A stretch of 64,000 nt of DNA, taken from NCBI RefSeq assembly GCF_001194135.2, contig NC_068983.1, forward strand, positions 91,857,579-91,921,578. Reading direction: 5' to 3'. Source of the stretch: Octopus bimaculoides. Its lineage: Eukaryota. The notes beneath the pieces are model-generated. The model had not been told where the DNA came from. It did not search any database and saw only the letters and a list, made by a program, of their open reading frames with translations. The position numbers and the translations under genes are program-made. Numbering within the stretch: position 1 is the first letter of the stretch; each line of letters opens with the position of its first letter. Below are positions 63,400-64,000 of the stretch, piece after piece.

Positions 63400-64000
63400 T
63401 GAATCGCCAATAATCTTAGTCTTTTGTTATCACTTCCATAAGGTTCAATGTCCTGAGGTTATTCTTCACTACTTTGTCTCACATCCTCTTGGGTCTCCTT
63501 CTCCCATAGGTTCCATTCACATTTAGTGACCAAGACTTCTTTATACAGCTGTTCTCATCCACCTGTATCACATGACCATACCAGCATGATCTCTTTTATA
63601 CACTACATCTGATGCTTTTTATACCAAATTTTTCTTACAATACATATGTGCTGGGTCATACATGCAAACTGATATAGCACATCTAGTGGAGCACACTAAT
63701 TTCATTTCTTTCTGACCTTCACGTGTTCTCTGCATTCATGGTACACATATCACTACCATCTAGCACTATTGTTAGTACACAAGCATTATGCAAGTTGCCT
63801 TTCACTGAAAGAGAGACCTTTTGTTACCAATAGAGCAATAGCTCTCTGAACTTTTTCCAGCTAGTTCTTATTCTAGCAACTATATTTTAAGAGCATCCAC
63901 CCCAACTGTTAATTAGGTCACTTGGGTAAAAGAAACTATCTACTATCTCTAAGCATCCTCCTGCACATTAGAGAAGATCTGTTTCCTGTATGTTCTTATT
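63400..64000 (-). mobile_element. RTE 3' RT fragment
   Basis: Reverse complement of the RTE region at ~18000-18550. Confidence 0.75.

Overview
Repeat-dense, AT-rich animal genomic DNA from a draft assembly. N gaps lie at about 3982-4106, 5745-6655, 11201-11210, 23633-23936, 28774-28783, 40737-40836, 54914-54923, 57904-58581 and 59571-59864. It is not prokaryotic; the SINE and RTE families look like those I recall from octopus (inference). Almost all ORFs in the supplied track are spurious or decayed transposon fragments. The window holds Penelope-like elements of several families, many RTE LINE pieces, one R4/Dong-like and one L1/Tx1-like fragment, a near full-length APE LINE, mariner/Tc1/maT/pogo/piggyBac/hAT DNA transposons and MITEs, tRNA-derived SINEs, an RT-deleted gypsy element and a small non-coding LTR element. 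The only host-gene sequence I can support is a 153-nt minus-strand terminal exon (36571-36723) resembling the C-terminus of GPALPP1; it is too short for the ORF track. I found no complete novel gene system. The most interesting signals are element-level: a non-coding LTR element with a tRNA-Trp PBS nested in a mariner, hammerhead-like motifs with a variant core at Penelope termini, and recurrent foldback inversions. Boundaries given without TIR/TSD support are approximate.
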